From Minisyncoccota bacterium (GTDB lineage Bacteria; Patescibacteriota; Minisyncoccia; Phycocordibacterales; JACRKE01), in assembly GCA_041660505.1 (NCBI GenBank), contig JBAZWG010000001.1, positions 609,768 through 673,767 on the forward strand: a stretch of 64,000 nucleotides of DNA, read 5' to 3'. Below the pieces are notes generated by a model. The model saw only the letters and a program-made list of their open reading frames with translations. It had not been told where the DNA came from and did no database searches. Positions 45,596-56,296 of this stretch are shown piece after piece (positions within the stretch are counted from its first letter, which is position 1; every line of letters begins with the position of its first letter). Made by a program: the position numbers and the translations under genes.

Positions 45596-45762
45596 GATCG
45601 TAAAGCTGCGTTGACTAGCATAAACATATTCAGGGAGCTCGCCAGTTGCACTGCGCCTTGGCGCATCGCACAGAGCACCCACTTAGAATTTCTAGTACAA
45701 TGTAACTTGACGGTTCAACCCTAGACACAAACCTTCGCTCCGGCGGGGTTTGTGTTTTTTCA
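45596..45762 (+). ncRNA. candidate about 165-nt sRNA or cis-acting leader/attenuator upstream of the beta-CASP ribonuclease gene
   Basis: Bounded by the promoter above and an intrinsic terminator (ACACAAACC...GGTTTGTGT plus TTTTTT at 45726-45762); internal hairpins (GCGCC-TT-GGCGC extended); no ORF. Confidence 0.35.
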
Positions 45763-45797
45763 GTTTGTTTCGTTCGTTTCTGTGGTATAATTATTTT

Positions 45798-47168
45798 ATG
45801 CAAAAGAAAAAAGCGACAATTTATTTTCACTCCGGAGCGGGGACAGTGACGGGCGCGAACTTTCGATTGGTAGGTGACGAAGGGACACAAATACTTTTAG
45901 ACTGCGGGATGTTACAAGGCTCGAAAGTGGCAGACGACAAGAACTGGGACCCGTTCCCATATGAGCCGAAGGATATAACCGCGCTCTTTGTCAGCCATCC
46001 GCACATCGACCACGTTGGCCGTATCGCGCGCCTCGTGCGCATGGGCTTTACCGGCACTATTTATTCGACCGCACCATGCAAGGATATCGGCCTCCTTTTA
46101 CTCGAAGATAGCTTGGGCGTCATTGAGAAAGAATGCGTTCATGATTGCAGATTAGAGCCTCTCTACGCCATAGAAGACGTGAAGAAAGCCGAGACGATGT
46201 GGAAGACTCTTGACTATCATCAGACTGTAAAAGTTGGGGATTATAATGTTCTATTTCGCGATGCCGGCCATGTGCTCGGCTCCGCCATGACGGAGGTGGA
46301 ATGTAACGGTACGAAGCTTCTCTACACTGGTGATCTCGGCAATTCGCCGTCGCCCATCATGCACGACACCGAGATAGTGAAAGATGCTACGTACCTCATC
46401 ATGGAGAGCACTTACGGCAATCGCAATCACGAGCACAAAGAAGAACGAGCAGAAAAATTAAAAGAGATAATACAGAGTACCATCAACTTGGGGGGCACTC
46501 TCATGATACCGGCCTTCTCTGTCGAGCGCACACAAGAGTTGCTTTATGAAGTGAACGAGATGTTCCGAGATAAAAAGCTCGCACCAGTCACGACCTATCT
46601 GGATTCTCCCCTCGCGATAAAGGTGACGGCGGTATATGAGAAGTATAAGAATATGTTTAACGACCAAGCGCGGGCAGATATTCTTAAGGGCGATATCTTT
46701 AAATTCCCCGGTCTCAAGATGACGATGACAACCGACGAGTCGCGCGCCATTTTGCATGACACTCGTCCCAAGATAATCATTGCCGGTTCCGGCATGAGCA
46801 ACGGCGGGCGCATCATCCATCATGAACGCATTTATCTGCCCGACCCGAAGAACACACTTCTTCTTGTGAGTTATCAGTCTGCCGGGACACTTGGCCGTGT
46901 GATCCAAGACGGCGCCAAGGGCGTGCGTATATTGGGCGAGATGGTACCCGTGCGAGCTCAAGTCGTCTCTCTCCCGGGCTATTCTGCACACAAAGATTCC
47001 GACGGGCTCTTCAACTTCGTTGAGCAGTGCGACGGCAATTTGCAAAAAGTGTTCGTCGCACTTGGCGAGCCGGCCTCGGCGCTATTCATGGTCCAACGTA
47101 TTCGCGATTATCTCGGCTATCAAGCCTACGCACCGTCAGCAGGAGAAAAAGCCGAATTAGAATTTTAA
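45798..47168 (+). CDS. metallo-beta-lactamase/beta-CASP ribonuclease (RNase J-like)
   Basis: SHPHIDHVG (HxHxDH) plus beta-CASP profile; extended -10 TGGTATAAT immediately upstream suggests a near-leaderless start. Confidence 0.72.
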   Translation: MQKKKATIYFHSGAGTVTGANFRLVGDEGTQILLDCGMLQGSKVADDKNWDPFPYEPKDITALFVSHPHIDHVGRIARLVRMGFTGTIYSTAPCKDIGLLLLEDSLGVIEKECVHDCRLEPLYAIEDVKKAETMWKTLDYHQTVKVGDYNVLFRDAGHVLGSAMTEVECNGTKLLYTGDLGNSPSPIMHDTEIVKDATYLIMESTYGNRNHEHKEERAEKLKEIIQSTINLGGTLMIPAFSVERTQELLYEVNEMFRDKKLAPVTTYLDSPLAIKVTAVYEKYKNMFNDQARADILKGDIFKFPGLKMTMTTDESRAILHDTRPKIIIAGSGMSNGGRIIHHERIYLPDPKNTLLLVSYQSAGTLGRVIQDGAKGVRILGEMVPVRAQVVSLPGYSAHKDSDGLFNFVEQCDGNLQKVFVALGEPASALFMVQRIRDYLGYQAYAPSAGEKAELEF

Positions 47169-47235
47169 AAACTACCTGCCCGCCAAAGCCTGAGCTTCAG
47201 GCGATGGCAGGCGGGAAAACTACCAACTAAAAACT

Positions 47236-47874
47236 ATGGAAAAAACTCCTCCCGCCTCCAAGCATATTCACGAGAAGATCAAGATAGCCATCTCCGGCGC
47301 GGCCAAAACCGACTTCCTCCCGCAAGGTGTGCTTGATAGTGTTGAAATAGTGGGTGGCGAGATAGCACGCCAAGGCGCCATCATGATTTCTGGCGCTACG
47401 ACGGGTATCCCGCTCTGGGCGGCCAAGGGGTGCAAAGACGCTGGCGGTTTCTCGATAGGCATCTCGCCGGCCTTCAACGAGGCGGAGCATGTTGATTATT
47501 ACGGTTTGCCTTTAGACTATCTAGACTTAACAATTTACACTGGCCTCGGCTATCCCGGCCGCGACATCCTGATGATACGTACAGCGGACGCCATAGTCAT
47601 CGGCCCCGGCCGCGTGGGAACCCTGCACGAGTTTACCGTCGCCTTCGAAGATAATAAACCGATAGGCATTTTGACAAGCTCGGAATGGGAGACGGACGAC
47701 ATCATCAAGCTCATCATTGAGAAAAGCCATCGCGCCGAAGATAATAAAAAAGTGATCTATGATGCCGACCCCAAGAAGCTGGTCAAGCGTCTCATCGATC
47801 TCATAAAGATAGACAAAGCCGCCGTTCATGAGCCTGTCCCCGGCGCCTCCACCCAACCCGCGAAAGGGATGTAA
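47236..47874 (+). CDS. LOG/TIGR00725-family Rossmann-fold protein
   Basis: SGATTGIPLWAAKG and GPGRVGTLHEF resemble LOG family motifs. Confidence 0.55.
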   Translation: MEKTPPASKHIHEKIKIAISGAAKTDFLPQGVLDSVEIVGGEIARQGAIMISGATTGIPLWAAKGCKDAGGFSIGISPAFNEAEHVDYYGLPLDYLDLTIYTGLGYPGRDILMIRTADAIVIGPGRVGTLHEFTVAFEDNKPIGILTSSEWETDDIIKLIIEKSHRAEDNKKVIYDADPKKLVKRLIDLIKIDKAAVHEPVPGASTQPAKGM

Positions 47875-47949
47875 ATTTCTAACGGGACTTATCCCCAATA
47901 TTCTTGAAAAAACGTTTCTAGCGAAGCGTTTTTTTAGTACAATATAACC

Positions 47950-50900
47950 ATGGATTTATTAAAGCAACTCGCGGTGCTTGGGGCTTCGCTCTTGGCCTCT
48001 CTACCTGTTGTACCGACTGTGAATAATCCGCTTCCGACACGTACTGTGCAGGCGCCCGTCCTGACCGCCAGTGTCGTCCCGCCGGTCTACACACCGCCAG
48101 CGCCGGTGATTAACCCCGCACCCGCTCCTGCTCTTTCTCCTACTCTTGCGCCGGTTGCTCCGCTCGCGGCTGTTACCGTATTCAATCCGCTAAATTCTCT
48201 GTCGAAAAATCTCTCGGCCTTACAAAAGGCGATGAACCTTCTCACTTCCACTCTGGCGAAGCAGAAGACAATCACAAAGACTACTATTATTGCGAAAAGT
48301 CCGAGCACTATTTCCCAATACGATTTCCAAACCCAACTCAACCAGCTCGAGAATAAACTGACGGCGCAGATATTCGCCAACTCCAGATCAAGCAGTCTGC
48401 AGACGACTGCTATTTATCAGACCATCGGCCAGGCCACCAGAATAGACGCTTTGAACAGCGTTGATATTTCGGGCAGTACTATCACGAGCTCAAGCATTAC
48501 AGGCTATCTGCCTACCGGCGGAGGCAGTCTCTCCGGGTTATTGTCTGCACCGTACGCAAGTACTACAATGATTACCGCCGAGACAGCCTCGACCACCAAT
48601 CTCACAGTTTCGGGTTCAGCAACTTCAACATTCGCAAACGGCATCAGTATCGCAAGCGGTTGTTACAAATTGCCTGATGGTTCGTGCGCCGGCAGTGGGG
48701 GCTCATCCGCATCATCTACAATATTCTCTGTGGCGAACAGATTGTGGGTAGGCGGTACTGCCACCACGACCATCGATTCAACCGGGCTTCTGACCACACC
48801 AAATCTGCTCGCAACCGGTTCCACCACCCTCCAGAATTTCACCGCTGTTAATTCGACGACTACCAACGCGACTACGACGAATATGTATTCGTCTTCGCTC
48901 GTTGCGGGCAACGCAACAAGTACCAGCTTCTTCGCTACCAATTTCTGGGCCACGACCGCTTCCACCACCAATCTTACAGTTTCCGCCACCACCACCACTT
49001 CCGCCCTCGCCATCACCGGTAACTCTACCTCGACCGGCGCGAATGGTATTAATCTCTCGGCCGGATGCTTTGCGGTCAACGGCACTTGCGTTGGCGGGGG
49101 AGGTAGTGCAACGCCTGCCGGCTCCACGGGTCAGATACAATTTAACACCGCAGACGCTCTTGATGCTACATCGTCTCTGGTCTGGGACAACACGAACGGC
49201 CGTTTCGGCATCGGCACATCATCTCCGCTTCACGGCCTAGACGTAAACTACCGCACCACAGCCTTGAACTCCACAAACGATGGCGCGCTCGACGCTTGGA
49301 GGACGAATGGAACGGTCCTACCGAGCATAATCGAAGGGCATAGTGTGGTTGTGGCGAATGGTTATATATATTCGATTGGTGGCACTAATAATACCGACGT
49401 CATTTACGCCAAACTCAATAGTGATGGCAGTGTTGGGGTTTGGAGTACTACAACATTTTTACCGGAAGCGTTTTTAAACGGTGGTTCGGTCGTCGCAAAC
49501 GGATACATCTATATAATAGATGGCACTGGCTCTGGTAACACCTATTATTCTAAGATTAACGGAGATGGCACACTTGGCGCGTGGAATGCGACGACCGTTC
49601 AGTCGGCAGGTAAATATGGTGTTTCTGCGGTATCGGTCAATGGTTATATTTTCGCCTTCGGTGGGTCTGATGCGATCTACTCGGCTAAAATAAATGGCGA
49701 CGGCACTGTTGGAGCATGGGCGACCGGAGTAAATCTTCTGCCAGAGCCAATATCTTATCAAACATTCGTTACTGCAAACGGTTATATTTATGCTATTGGT
49801 GGTTGTGGAGATGTAAACTGTTCCTCGAATAAAGTTTATTACGCCAAGGCGAACAGTGATGGCACGACCGGCGCGTGGGCTACGGCAAGCGACTTGCCCG
49901 ACACCGCAGATGGGTCTACAGCCGTTGTTGTTAACGGCTATCTATATGTCATGGGCGGGTATAGTGATATTGTCGGTACACCAGTGAGTACTGTGTACCG
50001 AGCAAAATTGAATGCCGGTGGCAGTGTCGGTGCGTGGAGTGTCGACACATCTATGCCAGGCACTTCCTACTACGGCGCTTCGGTTACTGCCAATGGATAC
50101 ATATATACTCTCGGAGGAGAAGACGTGGCATTCAATGCCGTCGACACCATATTCTACACCTCCACCGCTCGTACGCAGATTGCTGGGGCACTTGATTTGA
50201 TAGGTCTCTCTGCCGCTTCAAGTACTCTGGCAGACGCAGGACTTGCGGCAAGCTCTATTTATGCCGGAGACATCTTCAGCACACACGACCTCTCTGTCGC
50301 CGGTAACACCTCGCTTTGGAACGGACTCTCGGTAAACGGCGTCAGCGCTATGGCTTCGACCTCTGTTACGGCGCTTACTGTTTCCGGCGCGGGCAACGGC
50401 GCTACCACTCAATGTTTGCAGGTTGATTCTGCGGGTGTCGTCTCCGGTTCAGGCAATATCTGCGGTGCCGGTACATTTATATTCAATCCGGTGCAGAACT
50501 TCGGTGTTAATGTCAACTCGACGTCAACTCCAATGTGGCTGACAGCCGGGATAATGGCATCGTCTACATCCTATTTTGGAGATGTTTCTGCCGCATACGC
50601 AACCTCATCCCATCTGGCTCTCACCAATGTCACCGATGGGCTCTCTTGGTTCCCGGACTCCAACAATCGTGCGCACCTTTCTCGCGACGGCCTCGGCACC
50701 ATGAATTTCGATTTCTTTGAGTCTTTGGTCAGAATTGGCACTATCGGGGGTGCATATCCATTGGTTCTCAAGACTAACGATACGGAAGCATTGCGCATCG
50801 ATAGCTCCCAGAATATCGGCATCGGCGGTGCGCCGTCGGCAGATAAATTAAGAGTTGTTGGCAACGAGACGGTAACCGGCATTTTGACAGTCTCCGGCGG

Positions 50901-53184
50901 AGCCGCTATAGGAACTGTTACCTCCGGTACATGGAACGGAACTGCTGTAAGTTACGCGAATGGTGGTACAGGTCAGACAAGCTGGACCAAGGGCCAGCTC
51001 CTCTATGCAAGCGCCGATAATGTACTCGACAAACTTGATATAGGGAGCTCGGGCAAGGTGCTTACCGCCTCCGTTGCCGGCGTGCCGGTGTGGGCGGACG
51101 GCATTGCTGGCGGGGATGCTATCGGCGGCGGTTGGTCTACGACAACAGATAATCTAATCGCTTATCCGACAGATCCGGGTGAAGTTATAGTTGTCGGCAA
51201 CTCCGGTACGTCTACGCTCGGCACCGACCTTAGTGCCAGATTTGAATTGTTTGGCGGGTTAGCGCTATTCCATAAAAATATAATAATGACCGACAGTGCG
51301 ATGATTGGTATTGGTACTTCCTCGCCCTACGCTCCTCTTTCTGTCTTGGGTCAGATAGTTTCATCATACTTCACCGCGACCACATCTACGGCTTCATTGT
51401 TCCCGTACGCGAGTACGACCATGTTCACCTTTGTAACAGCTTCGACCACCAACCTTGTTGTGTCAGGCACGGCGACCACAACCGGTCTCGCTGTTATCGG
51501 CAACGCCACCTCCACGTTCGCAAACGGCATCGATTTGGCTGCCGGATGTCTTCTTATGAACGGCGAATGTTTCGTCGGTGGAGCCACCCCAGCGGGCGTA
51601 TCCGGCAACATCCAATTTAATTCCAGTAATGCCCTGGCGGCAAATTCTAATCTGACATGGAATAATACTGCCGGCATGCTCGGTATCGGTACCTCTACTC
51701 CATATGCTGCGCTCTCTGTTTGGGGCAACTCTACGACGACGGGCCGAGCCTTCGAGATATCGGACAGCGCATCCACCACTATTTTCTCCGTTGATAATTC
51801 CGGCACGACCACCATCAGCTTTTTGAATGTCGGTGCCGCTAGCTTCGAGGAAGATGCCGGCGCGGTTTCGTGGATAAATATGCCGACCTCGACGACCACG
51901 GCAAATATCCAGCTCTCATATTCTGCACAGATAGCGGATACAGACCTGCTCACGGTGTTTGCGAGCACGACCGTGACGGCTGGCTCGCCAACCAACTATA
52001 AGATTGTCGTTGGCACAACTTCGCCTGACATTCTGGGTATAAACAACAACGAAACCACACCTCTCATTGTGAGCAATGGCGGGCTGTGTATTGGATTCGG
52101 CAGTACCGATTGTGCGCGAGCGCTTACGGCGGGGGATATCTATTACAACAGCGCACATGCGAGTTATGGTGACGTCGCGGAGCGATATCCTTCGATGGGG
52201 AGCCCTGTGGCCGGAGAGATTGTCTCTCTTGACCCACTGCATCCCGCCTTTGTCGAGCGCGCGTCTAAGACCGCCAGTACCACACTACTTGGTATCGTGA
52301 CAACAGCGCCCGGCATGGTTCTAGGTGGAAGGGATCTCGATACGAGCGGTGCTTCGACAACCGTCGGCGTAGCACTTTCCGGTCGCGTACCGACGAAGGT
52401 TAATCTTGAAGGCGGAGAGATTAAGATTGGCGACTACATAACTTTATCATCAGTAGCGGGCGTGGGTATGAAGGCGACAACTTCCGGTCAGACTGTCGGT
52501 ATCGCGCTAGAAAATTATAACGGTAACGGTGGCAGTGATATTGGTAAAATCTTGGTATTCGTCAATCTCGGCTATCAGAAGCTTTCGCCTAATCTTGCCG
52601 ATGGCAACTTGGACCTCGCCGGCCAAGCTATCACGAATGTTTCTAAGCTCACTTCAGTATCAGGCAATTGGAGTTTGGACGAGAACGGTAAACTTGTAAT
52701 AAAAGATTTGACTGTTGGCTCATCAGCACGGCCGGCCGGCGTGACGCTCTTCGATAAAGCTACCGGCGCCGCTTACTGCTTCTATATAATGAACGGTGCG
52801 CCGGCGACTGCCTCTGGAGATTGCGCCACAGCGAATATTTCCAATTCTAATTCGACTCCGGCAGTTGAGCCTACTGCTTCGGGTACGTCATCTGCCGACA
52901 CATCCGCCTCATCGGCGGACAATGAGGCTCCGGTTGTTACGATAACAGGTCTTAATCCTTCAACGATAGACGTAGGTTCAAGCTACAGCGATATGGGGGC
53001 GACAGTCACAGACAATGTAGATCACAATCTCGGCATAATTACAACGGGCGATCAGATAGACACCAGTATATTGGGCGCACATGAAGTTATGTATAATGCC
53101 ACGGACTCGGCGGGGAATAAAGCAATAGAGCAGATACGAACGGTAAACGTAATAGATCCAAATGCAACTACAACCACACCATGA
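47950..53184 (+). CDS. giant secreted/surface protein (1744 aa) with Kelch-like beta-propeller, internal Thr/Ser-rich repeat modules and C-terminal Ig-like (DUF5011-like) domain
   Basis: Signal/TM N-terminus; six NGYIY.(I/M)GG blades; three copies of the TNLTVSG.ATSTFANGI.LA.GC module; C-terminal LNPSTIDVGSSYSDMGATVTDNVD. Confidence 0.75.
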   Translation: MDLLKQLAVLGASLLASLPVVPTVNNPLPTRTVQAPVLTASVVPPVYTPPAPVINPAPAPALSPTLAPVAPLAAVTVFNPLNSLSKNLSALQKAMNLLTSTLAKQKTITKTTIIAKSPSTISQYDFQTQLNQLENKLTAQIFANSRSSSLQTTAIYQTIGQATRIDALNSVDISGSTITSSSITGYLPTGGGSLSGLLSAPYASTTMITAETASTTNLTVSGSATSTFANGISIASGCYKLPDGSCAGSGGSSASSTIFSVANRLWVGGTATTTIDSTGLLTTPNLLATGSTTLQNFTAVNSTTTNATTTNMYSSSLVAGNATSTSFFATNFWATTASTTNLTVSATTTTSALAITGNSTSTGANGINLSAGCFAVNGTCVGGGGSATPAGSTGQIQFNTADALDATSSLVWDNTNGRFGIGTSSPLHGLDVNYRTTALNSTNDGALDAWRTNGTVLPSIIEGHSVVVANGYIYSIGGTNNTDVIYAKLNSDGSVGVWSTTTFLPEAFLNGGSVVANGYIYIIDGTGSGNTYYSKINGDGTLGAWNATTVQSAGKYGVSAVSVNGYIFAFGGSDAIYSAKINGDGTVGAWATGVNLLPEPISYQTFVTANGYIYAIGGCGDVNCSSNKVYYAKANSDGTTGAWATASDLPDTADGSTAVVVNGYLYVMGGYSDIVGTPVSTVYRAKLNAGGSVGAWSVDTSMPGTSYYGASVTANGYIYTLGGEDVAFNAVDTIFYTSTARTQIAGALDLIGLSAASSTLADAGLAASSIYAGDIFSTHDLSVAGNTSLWNGLSVNGVSAMASTSVTALTVSGAGNGATTQCLQVDSAGVVSGSGNICGAGTFIFNPVQNFGVNVNSTSTPMWLTAGIMASSTSYFGDVSAAYATSSHLALTNVTDGLSWFPDSNNRAHLSRDGLGTMNFDFFESLVRIGTIGGAYPLVLKTNDTEALRIDSSQNIGIGGAPSADKLRVVGNETVTGILTVSGGAAIGTVTSGTWNGTAVSYANGGTGQTSWTKGQLLYASADNVLDKLDIGSSGKVLTASVAGVPVWADGIAGGDAIGGGWSTTTDNLIAYPTDPGEVIVVGNSGTSTLGTDLSARFELFGGLALFHKNIIMTDSAMIGIGTSSPYAPLSVLGQIVSSYFTATTSTASLFPYASTTMFTFVTASTTNLVVSGTATTTGLAVIGNATSTFANGIDLAAGCLLMNGECFVGGATPAGVSGNIQFNSSNALAANSNLTWNNTAGMLGIGTSTPYAALSVWGNSTTTGRAFEISDSASTTIFSVDNSGTTTISFLNVGAASFEEDAGAVSWINMPTSTTTANIQLSYSAQIADTDLLTVFASTTVTAGSPTNYKIVVGTTSPDILGINNNETTPLIVSNGGLCIGFGSTDCARALTAGDIYYNSAHASYGDVAERYPSMGSPVAGEIVSLDPLHPAFVERASKTASTTLLGIVTTAPGMVLGGRDLDTSGASTTVGVALSGRVPTKVNLEGGEIKIGDYITLSSVAGVGMKATTSGQTVGIALENYNGNGGSDIGKILVFVNLGYQKLSPNLADGNLDLAGQAITNVSKLTSVSGNWSLDENGKLVIKDLTVGSSARPAGVTLFDKATGAAYCFYIMNGAPATASGDCATANISNSNSTPAVEPTASGTSSADTSASSADNEAPVVTITGLNPSTIDVGSSYSDMGATVTDNVDHNLGIITTGDQIDTSILGAHEVMYNATDSAGNKAIEQIRTVNVIDPNATTTTP

Positions 53185-54665
53185 GACTCAAACTGGCAAT
53201 TTTTCTCCCCCTTGTTTTCATGGCCTTGCCCGCTCACGCCGCATTTGTTATTTCACCTACGCTGGGCAACATCACCAGTGGGCTTGTTGGCTGGTGGACA
53301 TTCGACTCAAGGGACATAACGAGTGGTACTGTCACGAACCGAGGAAGTCTTGGTGGAACCGGCACTCGTGTTGGCGGCACGGCTGGGGTGGGAAAGATTG
53401 CACAGGCTTTGAGTTTCGATGGTTCGACCGGTTACGTGGACGTCGGTAATAGTGGTAGTTACGATGCGGGTGCAAACTGGACGGTATCATCGTGGTTCAC
53501 AAATACGCAAAGTTCTTCAGAGGAGCGATATATTGCAACTAAATACAATGGCCAACAGGCATGGTTTATTGGTACAAAAATAGATGGTTTTGCGGGAATT
53601 GGTTGTGAGGTTAGGTCCGGTTCTCCGGAGACTTTTACATACGCAATCGATAGTAGTAGCGAATATAGGGACTCAAAATGGCATTTCGTCGCCTGTACCA
53701 AATCGGGAACTACAGTCAAGATTTACATAGATGGCATATTGAAAAACTCATCGACCAACGCAAGTCTCGGTAGTTCCAACACCGGAACGCGAGAGGCTGT
53801 CATCGGTGGCGTTGATACGGGTAGTCCCAGCGCAAGCTGGCTCGGCAAAATAGATGATACGCGAATTTATAATCGCGCACTCTCCGAGAGTGAGGTTTAT
53901 ACATTATATCGATATGGAAGCGCAAAAATAGTTATTAACTCTGTGGCCGCCATGGGTCAAACAGCAAGTGCGAAAATCACAACTAATTCTTCACAGATTT
54001 CACAGCCGAATAATCTAAAAACCGGATTGATAGGTTACTGGACGTTCGACGGCAAAGATATGACGGCAACGGCGGCGCTGGACAAAAGCGGCAATAACAA
54101 TACAGCAATAGCGACAGGATCCCTTCTGCCTATCGCAGGAAAGATCGGTCAGGCAATGAAGCTCGATGGGTCAACAAATTGTTTTACGGTAACTCAGACA
54201 GCCTCATTAAACAGCTTCAGCAGTCAAACAATATCAGCTTGGATTAAACCTACGAGTGTGATTGCCAGTAAAAATTTCGTATATAAGGTTCATACAGACG
54301 GCAATGTTATGTATGTATTATGGCGAAATGGTTCTAGTTGGAAGTATTCGGTTGCCCCTGTTGATACTCAATATGACGCTGTTGCTACAGGTAAAGCCAT
54401 CTTAAATAAATGGTCTCATGTCGTAGGCGTTTATGACGGCTCTAATATTTATATTTACATTGATGGTATAGCTATAGGATCGCCCGTAGCGGTAACAGGG
54501 ACAGTCGATACGGGAACTGCCAAAAATCTCGCAATCGGTGGCAACTCTGCAGTCGCCGCGTGCCCAGCTAGTTCATCAGCTAATGGAATAATAGATGACG
54601 TCCGCATCTACAACCGCGCACTGTCGGCAAACGAAATATATCAGCTCTATCGGTTGGGTAAATAG
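53181..54665 (+). CDS. secreted protein with two LamG-like (Laminin_G_3) jelly-roll domains
   Basis: Signal peptide; twice the hallmark GKIDD(T/V)RIYNRALS..E(V/I)Y; ATGA overlap with the giant gene stop. Confidence 0.75.
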   Translation: MRLKLAIFLPLVFMALPAHAAFVISPTLGNITSGLVGWWTFDSRDITSGTVTNRGSLGGTGTRVGGTAGVGKIAQALSFDGSTGYVDVGNSGSYDAGANWTVSSWFTNTQSSSEERYIATKYNGQQAWFIGTKIDGFAGIGCEVRSGSPETFTYAIDSSSEYRDSKWHFVACTKSGTTVKIYIDGILKNSSTNASLGSSNTGTREAVIGGVDTGSPSASWLGKIDDTRIYNRALSESEVYTLYRYGSAKIVINSVAAMGQTASAKITTNSSQISQPNNLKTGLIGYWTFDGKDMTATAALDKSGNNNTAIATGSLLPIAGKIGQAMKLDGSTNCFTVTQTASLNSFSSQTISAWIKPTSVIASKNFVYKVHTDGNVMYVLWRNGSSWKYSVAPVDTQYDAVATGKAILNKWSHVVGVYDGSNIYIYIDGIAIGSPVAVTGTVDTGTAKNLAIGGNSAVAACPASSSANGIIDDVRIYNRALSANEIYQLYRLGK

Positions 54666-54673
54666 CAGAATTA

Positions 54674-55543
54674 TTAAAACCAGCTTCTGATTTCCTGCAT
54701 CTGCTGTTTGTACTGATACGATGGCGACTCGGCCGGTGTTTCTAATAAAAGAGGAATAAATCCGCCGGTTTTTTTATTCAAGAGCTCGATGAAGTTTTTC
54801 AATCCTTTTTTACCAATTTCGCCTCGATCTATATCTGCATGTCTGTCGAGCCTGGAGCCGCACGGGTTTTTAGAATCGTTAAAGTGCGCGCAGGCCAGAT
54901 GTTCCAGCCCGACTGTTTTATCGAATAAATCCAGTGCTTCGCTGGCAGATTTTTCATTCGTCCAATCATAGCCGGCGGCGAATGAATGTTCGGTGTCCAG
55001 GCAGGCTTTGAGATGTTTAGACCTATGATGCTTCAGAATATTCTTGAATATCGTGCCGTAATCTTCAAACGCAAAGCCGATTTCTGTGCCTTGGCCGGCG
55101 GTGTTTTCTAATATCAAATCTACTTTAAGTTTTTCGGCTGTAGGCAAGATACTCGCAATTTGTTTCTCGAAATTTTCTCGCGCCACAGCCGGATCCTGAC
55201 CAACCGTCTTACCCATGTGAAGGACGACACCGTTTAATCCACAGGCCGAGGCGATGGCCAAATCTTCCTCCAAGAGTTGGAACTGATAAGAATCGCGAGG
55301 CTGTTTCTTGGCGAAATTTAAAAGATACGAGGCATGCAATACGCCGTACGTAAGTGGGCTAGTCTTGAAGTAGGCGAGAGCCTCGGCCGCTTCTGATTTA
55401 AATTCGCCCTTAAGTTTTCCCGAGCGAGGACTCTTGCCGAACATGTGTAGGGCAGTGGCACCATCGGCCACGGCACTCTCAAAAGCGCCCTTGTACCCCC
55501 CGCCGGCGATAGAATAAAAAGCACCAAGTGGGTTCTGAAGCAT
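54674..55543 (-). CDS. nfo: endonuclease IV (AP endonuclease, TIM-barrel)
   Basis: ILENTAGQGTE, CLDTEH and HFNDSKNP motifs. Confidence 0.85.
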   Translation of the reverse strand: MLQNPLGAFYSIAGGGYKGAFESAVADGATALHMFGKSPRSGKLKGEFKSEAAEALAYFKTSPLTYGVLHASYLLNFAKKQPRDSYQFQLLEEDLAIASACGLNGVVLHMGKTVGQDPAVARENFEKQIASILPTAEKLKVDLILENTAGQGTEIGFAFEDYGTIFKNILKHHRSKHLKACLDTEHSFAAGYDWTNEKSASEALDLFDKTVGLEHLACAHFNDSKNPCGSRLDRHADIDRGEIGKKGLKNFIELLNKKTGGFIPLLLETPAESPSYQYKQQMQEIRSWF

Positions 55544-55718
55544 GCAATTACTATAACATATTGATTAAAAGAGGCGAGCGAAATTTAAAGTTGCTATCAA
55601 AAACCGGCTGTGATAGAATACCAATGTGCTTGTGGGGCGTCAGCCCTGTTCGGCTAATACATAAGCTGAAGGCAGGCACAACAAAGATACTCCGTAACAA
55701 CGGGGTGTTTTTGTTTTT

Positions 55719-56204
55719 TTAATCCTCGTCCGGATGCCCCTTCATTGTCGTAAAAAACTTTGTGTCGCGATACCTATTTGTGACCCATGCTGGAACGATA
55801 CTCCAGAAATGAGGAAGTCCATTGTCGCCAACCCTTCTAATTATAACCTTGATTTTTCTACCGTCGATTATCGCAATAATTCCCCAATAATGTACCGATT
55901 TTGTTTTTTGGATTCGTGCTTTATGACTTTTGACCGAGAATTCCTGTACAGTTTCCTCGAACTCTTGATAGGTAGTAGAAAGGCCAATTAACTTTATTGC
56001 CAATGGTAGCAGCTTAAACCGAAGTATTTGAGACGGACGCTCTCTTTCGGTTCGATGATTTTTGAACAAAATATGATTGAACCCTTCTGACGGAAGGTGA
56101 ATTTCCTTATTGAGAGCAGGAGAAAATACAATATGAACGTTTCTGTAATAGTTAAATGCGTTTTCCTTCAGTTTGGCATAGTTCAACAGGTCGTCCATGC
56201 TCAT
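55719..56204 (-). CDS. hypothetical protein
   Basis: 161-aa ORF with no recognised motif. Confidence 0.4.
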   Translation of the reverse strand: MSMDDLLNYAKLKENAFNYYRNVHIVFSPALNKEIHLPSEGFNHILFKNHRTERERPSQILRFKLLPLAIKLIGLSTTYQEFEETVQEFSVKSHKARIQKTKSVHYWGIIAIIDGRKIKVIIRRVGDNGLPHFWSIVPAWVTNRYRDTKFFTTMKGHPDED

Positions 56205-56248
56205 ATTTTAACACGAACACAACAAAAAAGCCCTTGATTTAGTGCCCT

Positions 56249-56270
56249 TTGCATTTGTCCCTTCTCCTTC
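56249..56270. repeat. variant palindromic hairpin CCTTCTCC-TTCG-GAGAAGG downstream of rplT (terminator-like)
   Basis: Perfect 8-bp stem; on the minus strand it is followed by GGGCTTTTTTG. Confidence 0.5.
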
Positions 56271-56296
56271 GGAGAAGGCCAGGATGAGGTGGTATC

